Translations under genes and position numbers: made by a program | Source: Gammaproteobacteria bacterium | GTDB taxonomy: Bacteria > Pseudomonadota > Gammaproteobacteria > Eutrophobiales > Eutrophobiaceae | Direction: 5' to 3' | Assembly (NCBI GenBank): GCA_965222155.1 | Contig: CBDCTH010000012.1 | Coordinates: 1-64,000, forward strand | Length of the DNA stretch: 64,000 nt | Shown: positions 30,800-40,754 of the stretch, one piece after another | Numbering within the stretch: position 1 is the stretch's first letter | Layout of the letters: the number at the start of each line of letters is the position of its first letter | The notes under the pieces: model-generated | Told to the model about the DNA's origin: nothing | What the model saw: only the letters and a program-made list of their open reading frames with translations | Databases searched by the model: none

Positions 30800-31191
30800 T
30801 GTACATGCTTGATACTGATATCTGTGTGTATATCATCAATGAGAATCCCGTCGGGTTAAAAACAAAGTTCAATCAGCATTATCAAAAACTGACTATTTCA
30901 TCTATTACCCTTGCAGAGTTGATGTTTGGCGTTGAAAAATCAAGAAATCGTACTGCAAACCTGAAAAACGTACTTGACTTCAGCCGGCATGTGTCAGTGC
31001 TGTTTTTCGATGATAAGGCAGCAATGGAGTATGGGAAATTAAGAGCCGAACTGCAACGAACCGGGAAACCGATTGGGCCAAATGACACGCTGATCGCGGC
31101 CCATGCTCGCAGTATCGGAGCAACATTCGTAACAAATAATATCCAGGAGTTTAACCGGGTAGAGAGTTTGCAAGTAGAGAGCTGGATCTGA
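30799..31191 (+). CDS. vapC: VapC PIN-domain toxin
   Basis: MLDTDIC, AELMFG, IGPNDTLIAAHA, VTNN..EF. Confidence 0.92.
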   Translation: MYMLDTDICVYIINENPVGLKTKFNQHYQKLTISSITLAELMFGVEKSRNRTANLKNVLDFSRHVSVLFFDDKAAMEYGKLRAELQRTGKPIGPNDTLIAAHARSIGATFVTNNIQEFNRVESLQVESWI

Positions 31192-31210
31192 AAATTTGCG
31201 GTCTGAATAC

Positions 31211-31297
31211 ACGGGGTCAGGTCGCACAATGCACAAACACTTCAGTGTGGTTATTGTGGCCGCACATTCACGTGTGCATTGTGCGACCTGACCCCGT
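31211..31297. repeat. 87-bp GGGGTCAG hairpin element, copy 1
   Basis: acggggtcaggtcgcacaatgcaca...tgtgcattgtgcgacctgaccccgt; near-identical to 35541-35627. Confidence 0.92.
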
Positions 31298-32008
31298 ATG
31301 TGCATATATAGAATGAGAAATGATATTTAGAGTCTTCTCTTAAAATCTTCGCAATAGTCAAGTTGACGCACGCTCACATGATGACTTAGACTCATTCGTA
31401 TGGAACAGTTTTTCACGGATTTGGGGCAGCAAATCATTGCCACTTTCATTGCCCATCGGGTCATTTCTATCATCACCTTTATTATTGGGAGTGGTGTCAT
31501 ATTTGGAATACTCAAGAAATGGTGGGAACCAGTAGCAGTTCCAGTGTTCTATGCGATTGTTGGTGGGGGAGTTATCTTTATTTGTGTGTGGCTAATTAGT
31601 CGTCCCTGAATAACCCTTAAAAGCCACTCTAAGCTGTTGATTATATTTATATAAGTTACGTTTTTTTCTGGACTGATAGTGCCGGTTTTGGTATCATGGA
31701 CCTTCATTTTCTTGCAATATCGGAGATAAAAATGACGCCCAGACAACCTGACGCCGCTACCGGCGCCTCAACCGACCTGTTCCGCGAACGCCTGGACACT
31801 ATGCTCAACCAACGCCATGCCTTATATCGCCTGGCCGACCGGGTGGACTGGTCGGTGTTTGATAAGGCATTCGGTGCGCGGTACTGCCCGGATAACGGCT
31901 GTCCGGGGAAACCGACCCGGTTGCTGGTGGGGTTGCACTATCTGACGCATTGTTATGGGTTATCCGATGAGGCGGTGGTGTCGGGCTGGGTGGAGAATCC
32001 GTACTGGC

Positions 32009-33868
32009 GTGTGCCACGAACATCAGCGGGGACGCTGATGGAGCTGTGTTGAAGATGGGAGTGTGGCCTCCCGGAGTCGGCCTGCAGGGGCAGGCTCCAA
32101 ACCACCGCCTGCTGCTGCGTGTAAGAGACGTGGTGGTGAGCGATGAGGAAAAGGCGGCAATAAAGCCGTCAGGTGAGTGATGAGAAGATGCGCGCGAGCG
32201 AACCGCTGATGACGCATCGAAATGGGGTCAAGACGCGGTCAAAACGGGTGCCGGTCAGTAGCACCCGGATAAGTGTGGACGGTGCCTGCGTACGGTCCGC
32301 GCGCCACCCGGTGATTAGGCGGCATGATCTCATCACAGGCTTCAACACGGGACGTGGGCACCTGGCATGGGGTGTTAAGGGAAAGCCACAAGTGGCTCAC
32401 ACCACGAGGGAGAATACCGATACCCATGACAGGGTCGGAGCAACCCGTAGTAGTGCAGAAGGGGCGGTAATGGCGCTGGAGCGAAGGGGTTGCGTTATCC
32501 AGTCTGAGCCGTCACATCAACCGGGCCGAGCGGGAGGAGTGTGAGGGGTTCAGACAAACCGTTACCGGTCACCAGGCGCAGGGTCTGGGAGGCCTATAAG
32601 TGGGTGAACGGGAAGGGAAAAGCGGCGGGCGTCGAGGGCCAGAGTCTCGATGACGTTGCTCAGGACCTTGAGACTAACCTGTACAAGTTGTGGAATCGGC
32701 TGGCGTCGGGCAGTTACTTCCCGCCACCGGTACGGCGTGTAGCGATTCCCAAGGCCGCGGGCGGGGTCCGACCTCTGGGTAGTCCGACGGTCTCGGACCG
32801 CATTGCACAGAGGGTGGTCAAGCAGTATCTGGAGCCGGAGTGGGAGGTACTGTTCGACTCTGATTCCTACGGCTTCGGACCGGGCAAATCGGCCCATCAA
32901 GCGGTGGAGCAGGCGCGTAGGCGCGGCTGGGAATATGACTGGGTCGTAGACCTCGACATCAAAGGCTTTTATGACACGATTGATCATGAGTTGCTGAGGC
33001 GTGCGGTTCGCCGGCACACCCAAGAGAACGGGGTGCTGATCGACATCGAACGATAGCTGAAAGCGCCGGTGGAAGTACCCGAGGGGTCAAGTCAGGAAAG
33101 ACTGACCGGCACGCTGCAAGGCGGGGTGGTCAGTCCGCTGCGGGCGAATGTGTGTCTGCATTATGCGTGTGACCAATGGCTGCGACGGACTTACCCGAAC
33201 GTCCCGGTCGAGCGCTATGCTGATGACGCGCTTTGCCACTGCCGCATGCGGTGGCAGGCGGAGAAGCTGAAGTCGGCGCTGGAGGAGCGATGTGCCACCT
33301 GCCAGTTGACGCTACACCCGGAGAAGACCCAGGTGGTCTACTGCCAGGACAGCAATCGACGGGGGTCTTAGTCCCACCTCCAGTTCACCTTTCTTGGCTG
33401 TTGCTTCCGACCGCGCAGGGCAAAGAACCGTTGGGGGAAGATCTTGACCAACGTCCTGCCGGCGGTAAGCCCGCAAGCACTCAAACGGATGCGGGCCCGA
33501 ATACGGAGGTGGCGCGTGCCGCAGCATGCGCCATTACCGCTGGAAGATAGTGCGCGTAGTCTCAATCCCGTTCTACGGGGCTGGGATCAGTACGACGGGC
33601 GATGCTACCCCACAGAGATGTGGACACTGTTCAAGTACGTTGACGAGCGACTCGGGGCCTGGCTCCGAAGGAAGTATAAGTCGCGCAAAGAGCACCGCGG
33701 GCGTAGCCGGCGGAGAGTGAACAACCGGGCCCAGCGAAACCCGTATCTTTTTGTCCATTGGGAACGACTTGGTCATGCAACGGTTGGATAACAAGAGTCG
33801 GATGAATCGAGAGATTCACGTTCGGTTCTGTGAGGGGCTGGGGGTGAAACTCCCCCGGTCTACTCGAC
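32009..33868 (+). mobile_element. Group II intron (IIB, RmInt1/class D-like), decayed
   Basis: 5' GTGTG start, 3' ...ctactcgAC end, domain V gagtcggatgaatcgagagattcacgttcggttc; removal restores ccgtactggc|agtctgtc exactly as in IS copy 2. Confidence 0.92.
32541..33791 (+). pseudogene. Intron-encoded reverse transcriptase/maturase, no En domain, two internal TAG stops
   Basis: RPLG.PTV.DR, DLDIKGFYDTIDH, QGGVVSP, RYADD, LHPEKT; stops at 33054-33056 and 33369-33371. Confidence 0.9.
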
Positions 33869-35540
33869 AGTCTGTCTGCGGGGCGGTGTACGTTCAGCAT
33901 GAGGCGCCGGTAGACCCGAGCAGCCTGACGCGCTTTCGCCAACGCATTGGGGCGGCGGGGTGTGCGCGGATTTTACAGGTGACGGTGGTGGCGGGGGTGC
34001 AGAGCAAGGCAGTGAAGACGACGGACTTCAAACGGGTGACGGTGGACACCACGGTACAGGAGATAAGCGGTGAGTTATCCGACCGACAGCAAGTTGCTGA
34101 ATCGGTCCCGGGTGCGGTGGGTACGGTTATGTCACAAACAGGGGGTGGTGTTACGCCAGAGCACTGCCCGCAAGGGGCCGCGGGCGTTACAACAGGCGAA
34201 CCGCTACGGTCATGCCAAACAGTATCGGCGGCTGCGGCGCGAGGTGAAGCGGTTACGCACGTATCTGGGCCGGGTGGTGCGTGACAGTGAGCGTAACACC
34301 GCTGGCAATCCGGCACAGCAGCGTATCTTTGCCGATGAATTGGCCTTAGCCAAGCGACTGCTGGCGCAGCAGAAACAGGATAAACACAAGCTGTACAGCC
34401 TGCATGCCCCGGCGGTGGAATGTATCAGTAAGGGCAAGGTGGCTAAACGTTATGAATTCGGGGTGAAGGCGAGTATTGCCACCACGAACAAGAGTAACTT
34501 TGTGGTGGGGGGTATGGCCTTGCCGGGCAGCCCGTATGACGGGCACACCTTGAAGGAAGCCCTGGCACAGGTACGGCGCTTGACCGGGACGAGTATTGAT
34601 GAGGCGTTTGTAGACCGGGGTTATCGGGGGCATGATGAAACCGAGTCCACGGTGTACATCTCCGGGCAGAAGCGCGGTATTAAGACACAGCGGTTAAAAC
34701 GGTCGCTCAAACGCCGCCAGGCAATTGAACCGGTCATCGGTCATTTGAAAGCCGACGGGCTGTTAGGGCGCAATCACCTGAACGGGACAGACGGCGACCA
34801 ATTAAATGTCCTGTTGAGTTGTGCCGGCCACAACCTGCGCCTGATCCTGAGACGGCTCAGGTTTTTTTGTCTCGAAAAAAGGATACTTATACTGGCTTGG
34901 CTCCGCGTGTTGGTTCCCGCAGCGCGTCTGTCAGGTGCCGGCACACAGTTGAACCTGAAAGCTGGCTTGTCTGGCTCCGCTACCGGTACCCATAATGGCA
35001 GCTTGAAACCGGGTTTTTCAGGATCGACTAATTACTCAATCTGATGGACAATCTGCAAACCATAGGCCACCAAGACCTTACTTCATTCAAGCGCAGGCCC
35101 AAATATATCAACTCTCTAAGGTCGGCTGGATTCTTACGGTGTCCGTTCAGAATAATGACACTACAGCACAAGATGTGGTTACTAATCTTATAGTTCTTGA
35201 AAAATCTTTAGACCCTGCTAAAGGACCGATACACACAAGGAAGGAAGAAAACGCAAATCCTGTAGGCCTTCGCCAAATATTGAATCATCATTGGGGGCCT
35301 ATAGATGTCAAACAGCTCAAGCGGCCTGCATTTGTTGTATTCCAAATTCGGTATACCGATGCCCTGAGCAATGAAACATACTCACAGTCTTTTTTTCTGA
35401 AGTTCCTTGGCTCATCTCAAGACGGCACCTTTATTCAACAACTTATGAATGCCAACAGTTATGAAAAAACTAAAATGGAGAGATATTTTAGAGAACCTAG
35501 AATATCGACGCTGTAGTGTGATGCAGCGAGTAGGAGATGC

Positions 35541-35627
35541 ACGGGGTCAGGTCGCACAATGCACAAACACTTCAGTGTGGTTATTGTGGCCGCATCTTCA
35601 CGTGTGTATTGTGCGACCTGACCCCGT
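35541..35627. repeat. 87-bp GGGGTCAG hairpin element, copy 2
   Basis: Direct-orientation copy of 31211-31297 with three mismatches. Confidence 0.92.
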
Positions 35628-35951
35628 ATGCGCGTGGATGGGTTAACTGATACTCTCACCCGTTAGTTAAATATATGTTCCAAAATGCAATCAAAAAAGC
35701 GATGGAATTTACACTTCCGGTTGTTGTTACGTATCGACGTGAAAATGGTGAGACGGGGAGTTCAATTGGAACATGCATCATATTGAATAATGAAGGGTGG
35801 GTATTAACCGCTTCCCACATCGTAGAAGCAATGATGTCTTTTGAAAGCGAGATAGAGACTTTTTCAGCTTACAATGCCAAAGTTTCTGAAATCAACTCGG
35901 ACAGTAGCCTTAATAGGTCAGAACGTAAAAAGAAATTGCGTTCTCTAGATA

Positions 35952-37627
35952 GTCGACCCTGAAAAACCCTGTTTCAGGTTGGCATTGAGGGGGCCGGTAG
36001 GGGCGGCAGACAGACAGGCTTGTGGCTCAACAGCGTGCTGGCGCCTGACAGACGAACAGACGCTCTGCGGCAGCCAACCCGCGTAGCCAAGCCAGTATAA
36101 GTATCCTTTTGTTGAGACAAAAAAACCTGAGTCGCCTCAGGATCAAGCGCAGGTTGTGGCCGGCACAACTCAACAGGACATTTAATTGGTCGCCTTGTGT
36201 CCCGTTCAGGTGATTGCGCCCTAACAGTCCGTCGGCTTTCAAATGACCGATGACCGGTTCAATTGCCTGGCGGCGTTTGAGTGACCGTTTCAACCGTTGG
36301 GTTTTGATGCCACGCTTCTGCCCGGAGATGTACACCGTGGACTCGGTTTCATCATGCCCCCGATAACCCCGGTCCACAAACGCCTCGTCAATACTCGTCC
36401 CCGTCAAGTGCCGTACCTGCTCCAACGCTTGTTTCAAGGTGTGCCCGTCATACGGACTGCCCGGCACGGCCAACCCTCCCACCACAAAGTTGCTCTTGTT
36501 CGTGGTGGCAATACTCGCCTTCACCCCAAATTCATTGCGCCCCTCCTTGGGCGCAACCCTTCGGGCGGCTTGCGCCGTGCAAATCGTCTGTCCTGACGAT
36601 TTGTCATAACGCTTATGTACCTTACCCTTGCTGATACACTCCACCTCCGGGGCATGCAGGCTGTACAGCTTGTTTTTATCCTGCTTCTGTTGCGCCAACA
36701 ATCGCTTGGCTAAGGCCAACTCGTCCGTAAATACCGCCTGTTGGGCCGGATTGCCCGCGGTGTTACGCTCACTGTCACGTACTACCCGCCCCAGAGCCTG
36801 CCCCTGTATGGAGTTGAGCAGGGGGAGGTGCGTAACCGCTTCACCTCGCGCCGCAGCCGCCGATACTGTTTGGCATGACCGTAGCGGTTCGCCTGTTGTA
36901 ACGCCCGCGGCCCTTTACGGGCATAGCTCTGACGTAACAGGACCCCGTGACGATGACATAACCGCACCCACCGCTCCCGTGACCGATTTAACAACTTGCT
37001 GTCCGTCGGATAACTCACCGCCTTCTCCTGTACCGTGGTATCCACCGTCACCCGCTTGAAGTCCGTCGTCTTCACTGCCTTGCTCTGCACCCCCGCCACC
37101 ACCGTCACCTGTAAAATCCGCTCACACCCCGCCGCCCCAATGCGTTGGCGAAAGCGCGTCAGACTGCTCGGGTCCACCGGCGCCTCATGCTGAAAGTACA
37201 CCGCCCCGCAGACAGACTGCCAGTACGGATTCTCCACCCAGCCCGACACCACCGCCTCATCGGATAACCCATAACAATGCTTCAGATAGTGCAACCCCAC
37301 CATCAACCGGGTCGGTTTCCCCGGACAGCCGTTATCCGGGCAGTACCGCGCACCGAATGCCTTATCAAACACCGACCAGTCCACCAGGTCGGCCAGGCGA
37401 TATAAGGCATGGCGTTGATTGAGCATAGTGTCCAGGCGTTCGCGGAACAGGTCGGTTGCGGTGCGGGTCGCGGCGTCAGGTTGTCTGGGCGTCATTTTTG
37501 CCTCCGACATTGCAAGAAAATGAAGGTCCATGATACCAAAACTGGCAATATCAGTCCAGGAAAAAATACTACTTACATCAATATGATCAATGAATTAGAA
37601 TGATTTATCGGGTTTTTCAGGAGCGAC
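35952..37627 (-). mobile_element. IS5-family element, copy 2 (frameshifted)
   Basis: IRs gtcgaccctgaaaaaccc / gggtttttcaggagcgac; 6-bp duplication TAGATA; homologous to copy 1; carries a 72-nt and a ~29-nt hairpin insertion. Confidence 0.93.
36532..36603 (-). repeat. 72-nt palindromic element inserted in frame in the IS5 transposase
   Basis: Absent from copy 1 (cgttatga|att); encodes [24 protein letters not shown]; related copy at 56482-56554. Confidence 0.88.
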
Positions 37628-37833
37628 TAGATAGGCCGCCAAAGAACCCTGTCGTGAATTATTCATCCTGGTGGGGGCAAGATGGATGGAACATTGAGCA
37701 GTATCATGGACTTCAGATAGCTGATATAGCTGTAGGAAAGATATCTGGATATGATAGTAGCCTTGTAACTAGCTATCCAGTGTTTAAGAACCCGGGTGTT
37801 AATTTCGAGCCGGGTATTAATCTGTGTAAACTA

Positions 37834-39327
37834 GTACCCTTTCAATTTAATTCTGACCGGTTAAGCTGTCATAGGCCCTGTGCAGTTTAACCCTGGCGTT
37901 ATCGACATCAAATAACCAAGTGATACTGGCCTTCTCCCGGTTGCGTTGGTTCTCCCAGGCAGCCCGTTCTGATTTTAACAAGTCCATGCTTGCAATGCGC
38001 CGGTCCAGACATTGCCGGTTCATATTACCGATTTCGATCTCCACCCTATTCAGCCAACTGGCGTGCTTGGGCGTATAATGAAACGCCAGTTTACGCAGCA
38101 ACCGCCGCGCCGCCGGCGCCGGGAATGCCCGGTACAAGGCGGCGGGATGGTGCGTGCTGTAATTGTCCAGTACCACCCGTATGCGTTCGGCCTCAGGATA
38201 ATGCTCATCCACTAATTCACGCATTATCTCAGCAAAGTCGGCGGTTTTCTTGGTGCCTGTCACCTTGGCATGACGCCAGCCACGATGACGGTCAAAGCAC
38301 AGAAAAATGTTGGCAACCCCCTTGCGCTCATAGTCATAGTCCGTCTTGCTCACCTGCCCGGGCGCCATCGGCTTGCCCGCATGCACCTCCCCCACCCACT
38401 GTTTTGTCGCCTCATCAAAGTTCACCAGCGGCACATCCGGTGACGGCACTTCAGCATACAAATCCAGACTATGCTCCAGCTGCGCAATGTACGCCGCATC
38501 CATCTGACCCAGGCACCACATCTTCCGTTGCCAGGGCTTGAGTTGATTCGCCTTCAATCGCTGCCGGATGGTTTCCATCGATACCTGTTCCATATCGGTC
38601 AGGGCAATCCACTGCTCAGCCAGCAAGGCCAGCGTCCACCGGCACCGACCCGACGGCGGTTCACTGCACGCAATCGACACCAGCAACGCATCCTCATACG
38701 CATCCGTCTTGCGCGGCTGTCCCGGACGAGCCCCCTCTGCCAACGCCGCCTCCAACCCATACTCCACAAACTCCCGCTGCGTCCGATACACCGTCGACGT
38801 GCTCACTGACAACGCCTCTGTAATCGCCTGGTCCGTCATCCCCCGTCCGTCCGCCAGCAGTAAAATCTGGGCCCGCTTGATGGCCCGCACCCGTTGCTTC
38901 CCCTGGGACGTGACCTGTTGCAAGTAACTCCGTTCCGCCACCGTCAGCGCAACCCTATAAGTGATATGCATGCCAGTACCCCTCTTGTGATAAAGGGGAT
39001 AATGGATCATAAAATACACACTATGTCGATCCCTGACGCGAAAAAATATGCCCCCGGCTATACCTATAAGCAAGGCCAGTACCTCGCCTTCATCTACTAC
39101 TACACCAAAGTCAACGGCATCGCCCCCGCTCAGGCCGATTTACAACGCTACTTCCAGGTCTCGCCCCCCTCAGTCCACCGCATGTTGACCCAATTGGAAG
39201 ACAAGGGACTCATTCGTAAACAGCCCGGCGTTGCGCGCAGCCTGTCATTGGTAATACCTGTCTATCAACTGCCACAACTTGATTGATTTTCACTCGTCAA
39301 TCGATCAGAATTAAATGAAAACGGTAC
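37834..39327 (-). mobile_element. IS630-family element with passenger HTH gene
   Basis: IRs gtaccctttcaatttaattctga / tcagaattaaatgaaaacggtac; TA duplication; transposase 37847-38971 with NFDE, VLDNYSTH, YTPKHASWLN.VEIE. Confidence 0.93.
39002..39286 (+). CDS. MarR/LexA-like winged-HTH protein inside the IS630
   Basis: QGQYLAFI...PAQADLQRYFQVSPPSVHRML..LEDKGLI...PGVARS; lies inside the IRs, divergent from the transposase. Confidence 0.8.
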   Translation: MDHKIHTMSIPDAKKYAPGYTYKQGQYLAFIYYYTKVNGIAPAQADLQRYFQVSPPSVHRMLTQLEDKGLIRKQPGVARSLSLVIPVYQLPQLD

Positions 39328-39719
39328 TAGGGTTTCCGTTCAATAGTATAAAACCTGAGTATGACGAAAAAAATAAACGTTTTATGTTGCCGCCGGGCAC
39401 TCTTCCAATGCCACTATTCCCTATAGAAGGTATTTTTACTCGTACTTTAAAAATCAAAGTTCCAGAAGAGACCATTCCTGTTATGTTTGTAGAGACCTCG
39501 TCTCCTGGATTAATGGGGCAGAGTGGCGGCCCCACATTTGATTCTGATGGAAGGATATGGGCTATGCAATCAAAAACAACACATTACCCATTGGGATTTC
39601 CACCAGGACAAAGAAATCAAGAACATCAATATCTTAATGCTGGCATGGGAACACATGCAGAAACAATTATAAATTTTTTTGAATCTATAGGAATTGAATA
39701 CAAATTATCCGAGGACTAA

Positions 39720-39920
39720 ATGGGAGATGCCATGAAAAGATCACGTGACCAATTTATCACTCATTATGAGCAGAAACTCCAAGACCGCACCGTAACATCT
39801 TATGGAAATAAACCCGTTACTACATTCGAAACTAATGAATTTTGGCAAGCTGTTACCGCTACAAACAACGAAATTGATGATCTGTTTAGGAAATTTAATC
39901 CGCCGATTCGTAAGGCCTAA
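39720..39920 (+). CDS. Small hypothetical protein
   Basis: ORF starts immediately after the protease stop; no recognisable motif. Confidence 0.4.
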   Translation: MGDAMKRSRDQFITHYEQKLQDRTVTSYGNKPVTTFETNEFWQAVTATNNEIDDLFRKFNPPIRKA

Positions 39921-39969
39921 GATGTGTTATGCCCACTTGGGAAAATACTTACCGCAACAACTTAATCCG

Positions 39970-40506
39970 CTAATCTTTGTTTGTCGGTTCTTCCGGTTGA
40001 CCCCATAATTCATTGATTTCATTTTCCAAATCAGGAAAGGAAAGATTTCTCCTTCTAAGAAACCCAATGAAATTCCTAGGAAAAGTTTCCTGAAATTCAG
40101 TGATTTTTTGGATCGTTTGATCCGCATTTTCTCTTTTTTTAGAGATATCTTCCGATACTTTGTCCGCCTTTTCGAAAAACTCTTCCGATCTTTTTTCCAA
40201 ATAGCGGAGCGACCTATTTTGTAAAAACTTAATAATGCCAATAAAAATTGCCGTAAAAAGCACAATTGTAACTATTTGCGACAAAAGTATCGGCCAGCTG
40301 TTCAGTATTTCATCAACCTTTACAGCCAGATCAATTAGCAATAAAAGAACCCAAATGACAATGCCAAGAGCAAGGCAACATATAATTATATTTGTGATAG
40401 GCTTCCCCAGCCTTTTTTCAAATTCTTCAATTAATCCAGAAAATCCTAAATCCACAAGGAACCCCCGTATCCACCATATCGGATAATAACTCAAGTGAGG
40501 CGACAA
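39970..40506 (-). CDS. Hypothetical membrane protein (two TM helices plus charged tail); start uncertain
   Basis: Hydrophobic NIIICCLALGIVIWVLLLL and IVTIVLFTAIFIGII segments; AT-rich. Confidence 0.6.
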   Translation of the reverse strand: MSPHLSYYPIWWIRGFLVDLGFSGLIEEFEKRLGKPITNIIICCLALGIVIWVLLLLIDLAVKVDEILNSWPILLSQIVTIVLFTAIFIGIIKFLQNRSLRYLEKRSEEFFEKADKVSEDISKKRENADQTIQKITEFQETFPRNFIGFLRRRNLSFPDLENEINELWGQPEEPTNKD

Positions 40507-40682
40507 CTATCCTGACAGAGGGGGTTAGTTTCCCAAGTAAGCATTGTACCTGTCGGGTACTCTTTAATAAGAGATGAAATAAGGTTTTTAGCGTGATCAC
40601 GTTTCCACACATATTCTCGTTGGAAAGCAGGAACAAATAATTGCTTCTCGTCAATCTTGTCCAGTATCTGAGATATCTGCAT
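40491..40682 (-). pseudogene. N-terminal stub of a DUF262 (GmrSD/ParB-like) protein
   Basis: VPAFQREYVW...LISSLIKEYPTGTMLTW followed by abrupt loss of similarity; strong ggagg RBS. Confidence 0.8.
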
Positions 40683-40754
40683 ACTACCTCCAATATTTAA
40701 TTGTCATACTTAAGCCAAACGCCCACAAAATTAATCTACCCATTCTAGTGTGCT

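Larger units (their letters stand above)
31599..35028 (+). mobile_element. IS5-family element, copy 1 (transposase pseudogene carrying a group II intron)
   Basis: IRs gtcgtccctgaataaccc / gggtttttcaggatcgac; 6-bp duplication TAATTA; VDTTVQE, YEFGVK, DRGYRG, IEPVIGHLK; frameshift near 34064. Confidence 0.93.
31400..35516 (+). pseudogene. Membrane protein gene (~226 aa reconstituted) split by IS5
   Basis: 31400-31598 joined to 35035-35516, after removing the IS and one TAATTA copy, gives an open 681-nt frame with N-terminal TM helices. Confidence 0.85.
35675..39719 (+). pseudogene. Trypsin-like serine protease gene (~288 aa reconstituted) split by IS5 and IS630
   Basis: 35675-35951 + 37634-37833 + 39330-39719 give an 867-nt open frame; LTASH, ADIAVG and GQSGGP triad motifs lie in separate fragments. 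Confidence 0.9.

Noticed and set aside
32541-33791. Retron, DGR or defence RT, or TAG recoding
   Set aside because: Intron boundaries and domain V/VI are present; many other conserved residues are damaged and TAG is a normal stop elsewhere in the window, so this is a decayed maturase
31211-35627. Integron attC sites
   Set aside because: The hairpins lack RYYYAAC/GTTRRRY ends and there is no intI in the window; kept only as a non-integron cassette hypothesis
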